Under the pieces are notes generated by a model, which made no database searches, was not told the origin of the DNA, and saw only the letters and a list, made by a program, of their open reading frames with translations. 64,000 nt of DNA, taken from the NCBI RefSeq assembly GCF_009914755.1, contig NC_060934.1. The stretch is one strand, 5' to 3'. Shown piece after piece: positions 13,781 to 27,622 of this stretch. This DNA comes from the human T2T-CHM13v2.0 reference genome, Homo sapiens. Every line of letters starts with the position of its first letter. Within the stretch, counting starts at the first letter, position 1. The position numbers were made by a program, and so were the translations under genes.

Positions 13781-15899
13781 AGGCACTGTTTAATAGATTA
13801 TTAATAGAGTGAGTAGGCTGTCCAAGGTCATCCAGTTATTGAATAGTCTTATTCCTGAAACCCAGGTCTGATGCTAAAACCTGTGATCTTAATTGGTATA
13901 TTATTTTGCCTTACTTAAATCTGGATTATTTCCACACAAGCAAATTCCCTTCTACACAAAGGAAGCAACTAACAGAATGCACTATGTAATTTTCAATATG
14001 ATGGCTAAAAACATTCTATACCAATCTAAAAAATTCTGTCCTCCCAGAGCATTTTCTTCTGCTCCCTTATGTGCAGTTTTTTCCTTTCACTTATCTTTCA
14101 TGATCAAATATAAGTCTAGGCTAGGAGGAGTATACGACGTTGGCAGTCTTGAGTTTTCCCTTTGTGATTAGGAAGTAAATTCCACAAACACTTCTCTATC
14201 CATTGGGCAGAGAACGTATCTAGTGTACTAAGTGTTAAGTATAATCTTGATTTTGCAATTTTTAATAGGCTCTGCTTAATGCTACCAAAAAGCTATCATA
14301 AAAACACCAGGACCAATTAAGACTTGCATGAGAATTTCAGTGAGAAAAATAACATTGCCTAAATTGGAATGTGACCAGATGGCCAACAGTTGCCTTGGTA
14401 TTTGCTTTGATAACATCAAGATTCATCTGTATTTGAATTGCAGGGCCCACACATCTTTCAACAATGTCTGCAGGGTGCCAGGAGTTGACACTCATAAACT
14501 ATGCTGACATCAGTACACTTTACTGCAGAAAGTCATTGCATCAGCTCCAAGAATAGGCAAAGTAGCAGCAACACTTTATTAAAGGTAGTCAATGTTGCCA
14601 ACCCAAGGCACTAACACATACTCTATACACACAGGATTAAATGCTACCCTCTTCTTTGTAGGACACTGGAGAGGGGTAAGCATGCTAAGAAGTGAGATGG
14701 ATTTAACCAGCAACTCACGGCAAAGTGCGTATAGCTGCGTTTGAGAAGGCTTAGTCATGACTAGAAAAGTGTGAATACTGTGACATATCCTTGCAAAAAA
14801 AATGTTCAGCTTAAGCCTCTAGACTAACTTCTGGTTTACAAGAAGAAAAAAGAGGGGCCCATTTCCAAAAAGACTCCTGCCTTGAACTCTTCAAAATGCC
14901 AATGTCACAGGGGGAAAAAAGATGGGGGAACTCTACTACATTAAAGCTAAAGAAAAATTTTGACTGGATCCTGATTTTTTTTTTTTTTTTTTTTTTTTTG
15001 CAGGATTGGGAAGGAGAAGGTATAAAAGATATTCCTGGGTAAATTAGGAAAATTAGCACTTGGCCTAGATTTTAAAAGTTACAAAACAGCTGAAATAATG
15101 ATATTGTGTTTTGCTGGAGAACTTCAAAATTCTTAGGAAATTCATGCTGGAAATCTTAAGGGTGTCTTGCCTAACAATAAGTGTCTGCAACTTTTTATGA
15201 CAATGAAAAAGTGGGGAGGAATGAAAAAAAATGGCAAAATGTTAACTGCTGCATATAGATGATGGGTACATGAATATTCATTAAATTATTTCTTTCAGCT
15301 TTTAAATATATGAACACTTTCATAATAAAACACTGGGGAAAAAAATCATGTCAGAAAGACTTCACAGGGGAAACGTAAAACAAAGATTGAGTAGCAGGCG
15401 CTCAGCTGAATTTCTGATAAATTGAAGGTCTCTAAAACTTGGCTGGAAGTGTCTTGGGCATCCAAGAGACACCCGATATATTCAAACTTTCAGTAAGTAT
15501 TTACCAAAATAATATCATGTGCATGGTGAAAATGACGGGAAGACGAATCTGATACAAACCATTCTATTTAGGTGCAGACATGGTAGTGAAGCTAAAAACA
15601 TAAGCGCTATTATATATATAACATACTGATTGTCATAAAAGATGTACAAAAAATGCTAAACTCAGAGGAAATTACTTCCTGCTGGGAAGAATCTGGAAAC
15701 ACATCTCCACGGGTAACAGAATCAGATACAGAATCACAAAAGGTGACTGCTACAACAGATTTCAGTAATTAACAGCAAAGAAACAAGAGTAGTTCATTTT
15801 GGCTGGCGTGTAAGTACTAAGGAAGCAGAAATTAAGTCGAGAAGGTAGGTTTGCATCTGTATTGTTGACTGGCTGGATATTAACCATTTTCAATTTTAC

Positions 15900-15936
15900 C
15901 TGAAAGTTCTGGTCTTTTTGCTGCAGCTTTAAGCAT
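15900..15936 (-). CDS. BBIP1: BBIP1 (BBIP10/BBS18) first coding segment MLKAAAKRPELS+G, within exon 15900-15992
   Basis: Minus strand reads ATG CTT AAA GCT GCA GCA AAA AGA CCA GAA CTT TCA G|GTAAAA, the recalled BBIP10 N-terminus. Acceptor TTATCTTGTAG| at 15993-15994 leaves 56 nt of UTR in this exon. Confidence 0.93.
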
Positions 15937-16881
15937 CCAACCCGGTATTACCAAGATGACTTAGAGTTCTTGACTCAAGCATACAGAAGAAACTACAAGA
16001 TAATGTATGATAACTTTGTAAAGGGCCATATAAAAGCAATACAGTATTTTCAAAAATCTTCAACACGTTGTTTAAGAAACTGTAGACCTGCAGGAATCCC
16101 ACCACCAGAACAGCAGTCAAAGCTTACAAAGACTCAAAGGAGAGACGCGGAAAGGGGGGAAAAATCAGAATGGGAAGGCAGGTGGCAGGGGAAAAAGATT
16201 GAGGTCCTGCCCTGGTGGTAGGGGCTCATCTTTTCCTTTTATAGGTGAAGGTGGAAAATGATTTTCTGAAGTTCCCGAATTCTCCTCCCTCCAAAGGCCA
16301 AGGAGTGAAAGTACTTAATAGGAACTTGCGGAGGCGTGGTCAAGAGCTCCGTTTTGCCGGAGTTAGGAGCTCCGCCCCGAGGTCCCCGCCCATTCCCCGC
16401 TGGGGTCCTCCCGGCCGGGCTGCCTCTGGCTGGGTTAGGGCGGCCTGTAGAGCGGCCTCACCCCACAGGGAGCCTCACGGGGGCGGGCCGCCGCCAGGCC
16501 AGCCCGGAAAAAAACCGCCTTCCAACGGAAGCGGCCCTGAGCCCCGCTCGCCATTTCAGCGCTCTGTCCCACAGGGACCGTCCGGCCCGGGTCCGGCCCA
16601 CTGGTTGGGGTCCACGGACTCACCTCACTTTGCAACTAAGGTCAAAAATAAGCATTCCCTGGGGCACGGGCGGCCAGTCTATTAACACCCTTCCGCCATG
16701 ACCCAATTCGGAAGTGCCAAATGCAACTTCCGGGCAGGAGAGGGAATTTCGGAGCCCTAAACTGTTGTCCATCTCCGTAAGTGACCAGACGTCTCAGTAA
16801 AATAAGGGCCAGGAAACTGGACGTGTAATCCGGAGTATGAATTAACTTGTCTAACATGGGATGTGTGGTCACCCACGGTAC

Positions 16882-17165
16882 CTCTTTGGGCTTACTTACA
16901 GATGCATCCCTTCCCAGACGGCTCAGCTGTTGCCCCGGGTAACGGTGAGACTGGCGAAGGAAAAAAATCTACGTCACCCTGGAAACAGGAAGCCAGGAAT
17001 CTCCTTTTGCCATTATCAGTTATGGCCGCCTTAGCTTCAACAGTAACTTCCGATCGGGGAGTTGTCACTCTACCCTGCTGGAGGCTTACTCTGTAGCCCG
17101 GCTAGCCAGAGGCGCCCAGTGGGCGGGAGACGGCGTAGAGGAACTGAGGAAAGGACAAGGGCGGA
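16882..17165 (-). other. BBIP1: Probable BBIP1 non-coding first exon region (boundaries uncertain)
   Basis: Candidate minus-strand donors inside the CpG island: AGA|GTAAGC (17090/17089), TCT|GTAAGT (16900/16899), GAG|GTACCG (16882/16881). Sequence alone cannot show which is used. Confidence 0.4.
16929..16943. promoter_or_regulatory. RFX X-box GTTGCCCCGGGTAAC
   Basis: Fits GTNRCC-N(0-3)-RGYAAC as GTTGCC CCG GGTAAC, at the 5' end of a ciliary BBSome gene. Confidence 0.7.
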
Positions 17166-17339
17166 GAGAGAGAAGCTGGCGGCACTGCCCGTCTCTGATT
17201 GGGCAGCTTCTCTTGCCCCGGTTCCGCCCATTTTTCTTGCCTAGCGAGTGACGGGCCCACGGCAGAGGGGTGGGGCGGGGAGGCTGGAGCGAGAGTAGTG
17301 GCGGGGCGGGCGGGGCGGGGCGAGTGGGGGAGGGGCGGG

Positions 17340-17436
17340 CGGGGGGCGGCGGTTGGGCAGCGTCGCTTCTTAGGAGGAGGAGGAAGAGGAGGAAGGAGGG
17401 CGAGCGAGGAGGATGGCGGAGTCGGGGCTCCTGACG
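17340..17436 (+). other. SHOC2: SHOC2 non-coding exon 1 (5' end approximate)
   Basis: Lies just downstream of the GC-box cluster. GGA-rich leader ending at candidate donor ACG|GTAACT (17436/17437). The TSS cannot be read from sequence. Confidence 0.65.
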
Positions 17437-19311
17437 GTAACTCGGGGCCGATGAGGCGGAGGGTGTCTGTTGGTCGGTTCTTCCTGCCTGCCTTCCTGTC
17501 CGTCGGGCAGTCGGGCTGGCTGTCGGTAGGGGGAGGCCCCGTGCGCCCTGACAGGCGCGAGCCGGCAGCGCCGGGGCGAGGCCCGAGGGGCCGGGGCCCT
17601 GGGAGGCGCCGCCGCCGCCGCTTTCCTGGTTGCTGTCTCCGGGAGTGCGGGGCCCTTGGAGCCGGCTCGCGTGGGAGCCTGCAGCCCGGCGCGGAGAGGA
17701 AGGCGGTCGGGTGTGACAGCGGCCGGGGCCGGGCCTGCGGCGGCGGCGGCGGGCGGCCCGGACAGCGCCTGGGCGACGGCGAGCCGGCGCGAGGGCGCGG
17801 GCCGGGGGCCCCCGGCGGACAGTCTCTCTCCTCTCGGCTCCCTGGGCCCCCGGGCCCAGTCCGCAGGGCGCCCCGAGTCGTGTAAATCGTTGGCGAGGGC
17901 CCGGGCGCAGCGGCGGTCATACAGGGTGGGGTCTCTTCTCGCCCCCTCCCTGGAGTCCACCTTGCTCTCCCGTTCTCCTCTCCCTAAAAACCCTTGAGTG
18001 AAGAGTGCTGGATCGGCTCTGGGTGTGTTGCCTAGCGAAGCGAGTTGTAGCCCTTCGAGACCGCCTCGTAGAACATGCCCGATGGCAACCTCTCCCCGTG
18101 ATAGCACAGCTTTTAGGGAGAGAGGAAAAGTAGTCTCACTCTTCCCCGACTTCCCCAGGCTCATAACACAAGAGGCTTTGGGGCAAGACGATTTTTCCCC
18201 CAGCACCTCAATATCCATTGTTTTTGTACCATCCCCCTCCCCCCATGCCTAGGTGGAAGAGTAATGACTCCAAAGCATTAACTTGCCTTTCTCTTTATTT
18301 CTTTTCTTTCTTTTTCTTTTCTTCCTTCCTTTCTTTAAGCAGGCAGTTTGTGTTATTGTGGAATTATGGATTTACAAACAGGTGGAATAAATACCGATTC
18401 GGGAGCTAGAAAGAAGATGCTTTGTGTGTGTGTTTAAGCCCTTACAGTTGGCAGTTTGATTTTTCTTGTCTGTTGCTTTGTATCGTAATGGGGGTGATGA
18501 GAATAAAAGAGGAAGCACTGTTTTGCAACCTACCCAAAGAAATATTTTCGAAGTCTCTGGGGATGCTGAAGCAAAATTAGGTTGCAGATGTGGACTGTAT
18601 AGTATTTGCCTCCAGCGTGATAACTACCAGCAGTGTCTAGGCTTACACCTGTGCCATTTCGTATACTTTTCTTAGATACCGAGTGCGTCTAGTTTCTACT
18701 CAAGAGGGACTACTATATCAAAAGCTTTTTGTTACGGTTTTCAGAATCCTAAGGTACATTTGTGTAACCAAGTGTTTTTGTAACTAAATGCAGCAACACC
18801 ACTGAAAAATAGTTTTAATTTTAAAGACCTCAATTTATTAGTGTACTTACTAATCTTTACCCTCATCCTCCATGCTGTGGACTGTAGAACTGTTACTGTG
18901 TACTTGAAGAGACTTAGCTATTGCATCCAATTTGTAACATTCAGTAAGGTTATATTTATAATTTGAATTTATCAAGTGTTGATGTTTTGCTGTGTGACAG
19001 TGAAAAGAATTTTAGGAATAAAGTATGCAAATGACCATTCGCCACATATGGAACTTAGACTGAGTATGATAAACCTTTTGTCTTTATTTGGACATAAAGT
19101 ATATTGTAAACTTTTTATGTAATTATAAATACACATTTGAAAAATAGACAAAAATAAACACAAAACTGAATAAAAGTTTTGTCTAAGGTTTGTAACTTTC
19201 AAATGTCTGAAATTTAATATAAAGCCAACATATAAAACAATATTGAAATCCCAGTTTCAAATTATGGACATGTCTTTAAGGGTACTGCATTTTCCCAAGG
19301 TGCTTGTTCAG

Positions 19312-19595
19312 TTTTATTTTTAGTTTTTAATTGTTATGGGTACATAGTAGGTTTTTATGGGTTATATGAGATATTGATACAGGCATACAATGCATAATAG
19401 TCACATTAGAGTAAATGAGGTATCCCATCATCTCAAGCATCTACCCTTTGTGATACAAATATCCAATTATACTCTTAGTTATTTTAAAATGTGCAATTAA
19501 ATTTATTGAGTATGGTCACCCTGTTGTGCTATGAAATACTGGATCGTATTCATTCTGTTTTTTTATATCCATTAACCATCCCCACATTCCCCCTT
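19312..19595 (-). mobile_element. L1MA-type 3' end fragment
   Basis: TGGGTACATAGTAGGT...GTCACCCTGTTGTGCTAT...ATTAACCATCCCCAC. Confidence 0.7.
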
Positions 19596-22458
19596 CAGTT
19601 TTTGAGGAAACAGCTACATTAAAAGTTGACATTTGTTTTCTGATCGCTCATTATTAATATAATTTTTAAGTTCAAAAAATTTTCTCATAAATTATTATGG
19701 ATTAAAGAGTGATATTAAAATATACATTAATAGTTTGCAGCTAGATCTTTTTTTTTTAGTTTTTAAACTACCGTATTCAGAAAGTTCATCAGAGCTGTTT
19801 TTCTGGTAGTTGTAGCAAGTAAAAGGTCATGCATCAACTTCTGAACTACAAGCCAGTTGGAAATTTGAAACATTTCATGTTTAAATAGAAACATGAAAAT
19901 TACAAATTCCTTTGTCACACTTGCTGGAATTACGCCTTTAAAATGTTACTCTTTTTTCTGTGACTTGGGTCAGGGAAGAATGACTTTTCTCTTTCCACAT
20001 CAGAGAGACATAAACTGGAATTCTATGTGGAATGTTTCCAAAGATGGCTTCCGAGTAGTGATTGGTATAGTTATTGCTTTGGCTTACCTGTATGAATTAT
20101 GGAGGATGGGTGAATAAACTTGAAATTCTTTATTATACAGGTGGATAAATTATAGTTATATTTGCCTTAAAAATATGCTCATTTTCAATATTTGTTGTAT
20201 CATTTAATATTTCTGGAAGACTTCTTTAAACTGTTCAGATATTTTGATTTTTTTGTAAAAATATTTAAATACAGAAATCTGTGTTTTAACTAAAAGATAC
20301 AAACTCTATATGTAGATATAAGGATGCATATTTTTGGAGGCTGAAGATTAAGTGAAATGTATCTTTAGAATTTGGTTTACTATATGATTCATGTATCTTT
20401 CATGTATGAAAAAGCCTTAAGATTAATGCTTATAACAAAATAAGATTTTAAAAAACCCCAAACAATAAAAAACAACAAAACAAGTTAACTCACAAATCCT
20501 TCAGTGAGTTCTGAGATTTATAACTTAGACTTGGAAGAATTTTGCTACTCGTTTATAAAATATCAATTAACAGAGGAAATTTAAATATAAATTGGATATT
20601 TTGACATTTCTTAATGAGACTAGTAGGGATTGGTATTTTGCTATAGATGAATAAATGGAAACTGTAATTTATCAGTAGAATTATACATTAAGTACTTTTA
20701 TGTGATACTTAAATGAGTACTTCAAATATTAAGTGAGTTGGTATTTTTGCTTGTTGGTAGACCTGTATTTCATGCATTATGTGTTGTGCATTAGACATAT
20801 AAGTTGGCTGAATCTTAGACTAATTAATGGACATATATCATCTGCTATCCTTGTAATCCCCTATTTTAACTGCTTGGCCTTCTGAATTTTGTTTCATTTA
20901 CTTGTTACACTGCATCAAAGTTGTGCCCTGTAGATCTTTTTTGAAATATTTTCTCTTAATATATTAAATTTTTATATTTTCCGACTGTGTAAACTGACTT
21001 TTAAAATCTGAATAATTTCTGAATTACAGATGACCTATGGTATGCTTGAACTTCATATATTATAGAGTGTTCTTAAAAGTGTTTGTTAATCATTACAGAT
21101 TGAAACATAAGTCTGAGAAACTTTTATGTTCTAAAATATATAATTGAATTATTTTAATATAAATTAATGTTCATTCTGGTTTTGTTTGGTATTTTCCCCC
21201 GGGTCTCAACTTTTTAACACAGCATCTTTAATTCAGCAAAGCAGAGTTTATACACGCAAAAGGATATTTTAATTACCAATGATCCTTAAGCTTTTGAGAT
21301 AATGGTAGTGTATGTGCTTCTTGAGAAAGCATGCAGTTCCCATTATCAAGATTTAAAAGAACACTAATTCATTTTCACACTGTATATCTCATTCCAACTT
21401 CTCTAAAGGTCAGAACTGATTGCAAAAAGTAGTACATGCTCTAAAATGTAAGGATTCATTTATGAGAGAGTGAACATACTGCTTGTAGCTAAAACATTAC
21501 AGGAGACCTTAAAAAGGGGTATAATTGGTCCCTATGTGAAATGAACCTGACATATTTTTATAAATTATTTGTGCATGACTATCTTTTGTTGATAGCACTA
21601 GGAAGACTTCTAACGTTTAAATACTTTATTTGCCCTCAATTACTATTTAAAAGTCCTATAATTTTAAGTAATTTTACAGCTGACAAAGATAAATATTTTT
21701 TTCTTTTAGTTTTTCTAATGTCTTGGAGGTAAAGTGGAAATGGCCTGTTTTGACACATAATTTCTAGAACTTGGAGTTAATTTGATCAGTTACATTTGGG
21801 TTTTTTTCAGTTTCCAGTTTTGTGTTGTATAACACTTCTTCCTGCTTTCAGTACTTTCTCAGTCTTGCAAATAGTCTTTAACTTTTCAATTTTGTTCTAT
21901 AAATATTTCTTAGTAACTACAGTTTCACATTCACCAATGTCATGGAACTTCTGCTGAATGCCATGTGTGTCCCAGGCTCTGTGGATACAGAGATAAATAT
22001 GTTTCCTTCTTTCAGTAAGTTCAGAGTTTGTTGCATGAACCGGACAAGTCAATAGTTAATTGTTAAACAATGTGACACATGCTTTTAACAGCAGTATATA
22101 CACTGGCAAACTCAGATGAGTTAAGACTCACACTGCACGTATAACTGGCAATGCCTACTGGAGGACAGGACTGGAATGAACTCTTGAGGAATAAGTAGGA
22201 TAGGGGAGGGTAATAAAAGCACAAAGGTTAGATATGTTTAGGTCCACTTGGGCAGTTAGAGAAGAATAACAGTTTGGATTCTAGTAATAATATTAGGTCA
22301 TATGGTAGACTTCGATTAAAGCTTGTATTATTATTAATAATAATATTTCTTGTGTTCCTAATTTTATTTGGGCTTTGAACTGCAGATCTGTATTAATGTT
22401 GACCAAACTATTATTTAAAACTTCACCTTCAACACCTGTGAAAAGGGAAAAATTTTCA

Positions 22459-22872
<414 letters not shown>

Positions 22873-23171
22873 TTAAAATAAAAAGCAATACTTAAATGTC
22901 TTTTCTCAGCATTTATGTATCATGTTAAGAGTAACATTTATGAACTTTCTTAGAATTCATGGTAAAGTTTTTTTTTTGTATAATCATTTAAAATGTACTC
23001 TTTTTTGAGTACACTTTAAAAAACACTTTCCATACTTACTTGACAGTGCCACTCTTTAGGTAAGTCAGACTGTATGGTCAACAGTTATACCCTAGAAGCA
23101 GGCTTTGTAATTGTCTTGTATGATTTAAAAGTTCTCTGAACTTGAGAATTGACTAATTTTTCACGCAGTAT

Positions 23172-23579
<408 letters not shown>

Positions 23580-25814
23580 TGAGGCCTAATTTTGATATCC
23601 CAAACTCCATTCCCTGCAGAGTGCCATAGTTTTCTGTGTTAAAACACTCATTTGCATTTCTTGATGCTCCTAATTATTTTTATTATAGAAATCTGAGAAA
23701 TTTAAAAATATTAATATTTTAGCAATTGCCTTAAACATGTTGTTACACCTCATTTATCTTGAGATTACTTATAGGAAACTAAAACTATCTGGTGTCATCG
23801 GCTTGGTTACTACCTCATGCACTCTTCATGTAGCTAAACTCTAATCACCCTTCAGGCCTCAATTTTGTATCCCAGACTTTGGGAGACCTTCCTTTCATCC
23901 CTAGTTAGGTTCTTCTGTTTGAAGGTATCCTAGTGCTTTTACTTCCTTTTTTATAACACTATTTTTGTAATGATATATTTGATGTCTGTCTTTATTGCTA
24001 GACTGTAAGCCTTAAGATGAGCATTGAGTATGTCTGTCTTATTTACTGTTCCACCAGTATACAATGTCTAGACTTTGTAGGTTCCAAGTGGAAAATTAGT
24101 TTTAGATGAATAGTCTACAGCTCCAAAACAAACTGAACAGGCCCAAAGGAAGGACAAAGACATGTCATAATGTTCTTGTTTTTAAACACACATTTTCTGT
24201 TTTTAGAGTCCTTCAAGCCTTAATTCAGGCATTTTTATTCTCACGTAGTGCACAATTTTTAAAAGTTTGGTAACCAAATGTAAAAAGGACTGAAATTACT
24301 CCTAGAGGGATAAGAGAGTTGAAAATAAGAGCAGAAGAAAAACTTGAAAAGCCAGATGCAAGACATTTTGTAAAAACAGCAGTTTATAGCAACTTAATGT
24401 TATGACAAACATGCGTAGAATCTTTCAAGACACTTTGTTTTATACATAGAATAGTATAGAAAATAATGATCTAGGATCATGAAGAAGAGGTTATTGGATA
24501 TTAGTAAATTTTGTTAATAACCTCATGTATTTTGGAAAAATTCCATTCAAAATGATACAATTTAAAACTTTTACTGTGTTAAGCTTTTCTTACTGGGAAG
24601 GTTTGCTTAATGAGGTAAAATATAGTAGGTAACAGTATTTATTGAACAAAATTTAAGTTGAAACAAATAATTATCTGAAAATACTGATCAGTGCAGTATA
24701 ATATACTACCTTGTAATTTGTAGAGGTAGATACTATAATTACTATGTGTTTCTTTGTTTACTTTGCTATGAAATATGTAAAATTGAGTAGCAACATTTTT
24801 TTCTTGACCCACTTTTAATGAAAACAACCTGTTGCATTGATAAGACAAAATAACTAAGTATTTCTTCAACTTTTATTCTGTTAAAGAAAATAAGCTTGAT
24901 TCCTTGGCATTGCCTGGTTAACCGGACTGGGAAAATTAGGTTGAAAGTCATAGTTCTTTGCTAAAAGTATGTGGTGTCTGACAGATTGGGTGACCTGAAA
25001 TAGATTATATTTAATTCAGTTTGGGTTTGTATATATCTGCGATATAGAATTCAAAATTTCACCAGAGCTTTAGTTCTGGTTCAAATAAATTACATTTTAT
25101 TTTAATATTGTGATCTCTTGAATTCTGTGACTATAAGGATAGGTAGGAGAGCTAGTTATTTTGCTCCTAAAACAAATATTGGTTTATCTACCATGTGCTA
25201 ATTGCAACTCTAAACTCATAGAAATGGGATGCTTATATACTAGGCAGCTTAAAATAGTAAGGTTTTATGATTTAATCTTGAAGACATTTATTTCTGTACT
25301 TTGGAAGTAGTGATTTGAAATTCTTAATACTAGAAAATGGCCTAGTTTCAGAACACCCACTAAGCAACTGTGGGAACTCAGTATGCTAAATGGCTGGTAG
25401 TGCTGCAGTATTTTTTAAATTTTCCCCACCTCCTGTTATATAATAGCTTATAGTAGTACAACAGAATATGAGTATTTGGGACGAGAACAAAGCATATTGA
25501 AACCGCAAAATGATGTGAGATTGTGTCAGGCTTTGTGTTGGGCACCAAGCACCTTAAGATAGTCAGATATAATGATGGTTAGTGAATGTTTGAAATAAAT
25601 CAAGTGGTAATGTTTTAGGTTGCAAATAAGGCTCATGAAAATAATTATTTGGAGGCTTGAGAAAAATGACTTTTAAAATGGAGTCACTATTTTTAAAACA
25701 CAATACTCTTTTATTAGAAAAAGTTTGATAACTCTGATATAAATATTCCAATGATGCTTGTGTACAATACTTAAAGCTTTTAGTGAAAATAGTTTTTATT
25801 TAAATATTTCCCCT

Positions 25815-26119
<305 letters not shown>

Positions 26120-26380
26120 TCATTGTAGCATTGTTTCAGCCTATGAGAACCAGATACTGAAATTGATTAGAAACTATTAAAAAAAGTTCACTATTTACTT
26201 TTTTATTTAGGAAAATATGGTTATAAAGGAATTTGATAAAACATACTTTTACTAGCTTATTTTGTTAATTTATAAAGGGACCAAGTTGAGCCTGCACTAG
26301 TTGTAAAAGATAGATTAATATTAAATGTTTCAGATAAAAGGTTTTATGATATGAAAAAGGATGGACTTAAATTTGCTTTA

Positions 26381-26725
<345 letters not shown>

Positions 26726-27183
26726 TTAATGCATATGAAAAAACTTTCCTGGCTTTTTCTCAATTGGAACTCAATTATACCTGATATTTGCAGGTATATA
26801 TGTGTATTATATAAATACCATAATATAACAACAATGATCCTGTGCCAAGATCTTGAAGATTTTTGTTTTATCAAAGAAAGCTGAAATTGTTTAATATAAT
26901 TGAAGTTTTCTTATATTTTGTCATATTCAAATTCTTTGAAAATTGATAATCTATAAATAGTAGATTGATGTGGTAAAAATAAAAATTGTTCATTAGCACA
27001 TCTTATGGCCATTATCCAGTTTTTATAACTAATTATGCAAATTGATAATATTTGAGTTGCTTCCAAGAGCAACTAAGAATCACTAATGTCAACATTTTTT
27101 TCTTCCTGGCATGATTTAAATAATATATCACTTGCTACCTGCAAATTACTACGTGATTTACATGTTTGTGGTATGGAAATTTT

Positions 27184-27252
27184 TTTCATATCAAAGCTTC
27201 TGATGTGGGAATCTTATTTCATATCAAAGCTTCTGATGTGGGAATCTTATTT
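27184..27252. repeat. Perfect 33-bp tandem duplication
   Basis: TTTCATATCAAAGCTTCTGATGTGGGAATCTTA x2. Confidence 0.95.
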
Positions 27253-27259
27253 TGAGATT

Positions 27260-27622
27260 TTCTTTATCTGCTTGAACTGCTATAATAAAATACCATAGAC
27301 TGGGCGGCTTAAGCAACAGTATATATATTTCTTACAGTTCCGAAGGCTAGAAAGTCCGAGATTGAGGTGCCAGCCGTTTCTGTTCAGGGCGAATGAAGAG
27401 TCTCTTACAGGTCTTCCTGCTGTATCTTCAGTTGGCAGAAAGTGAGAGAGCAAGTTCTCTGGTCTCCTCTTACAAGGGCATTAATCCCATTATGAAAACC
27501 CCACCCTTGTGACCTCATCTAAACCTAAGTACCTCCCAAAGGTCCCATCTTCAAATACCATCACATTGGAGGTTATAGCTTCAGCATAAGAATTTGGGAA
27601 GGACACAGTTCAGGACATAGCA
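27260..27622 (-). mobile_element. MaLR solo LTR (MLT1A-like)
   Basis: AAAATACCATAGACTGGGCGGCTTA...ACCTCCCAAAGG...AAATACCATCACATTGG...GACATAGCA. Confidence 0.75.

Larger units (their letters stand above)
16300..18150. promoter_or_regulatory. CpG island and bidirectional promoter shared by BBIP1 (-) and SHOC2 (+)
   Basis: Sharp rise in GC and CpG content in otherwise AT-rich DNA, between divergent first exons. GC boxes 17270-17350; ETS CGGAAGTG 16709-16716, ACTTCCGG 16726-16733, ACTTCCG 17046-17052; reverse CCAAT 17198-17202; YY1-like CGCCATTT 16549-16556. Confidence 0.92.

Noticed and set aside
16245-18252. Long overlapping ORFs (up to 282 aa) on both strands in the CpG island
   Set aside because: Low-complexity G/R/P/A translations are expected where GC-rich DNA lacks stop codons. 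Many start at non-ATG codons and none resembles a known protein.
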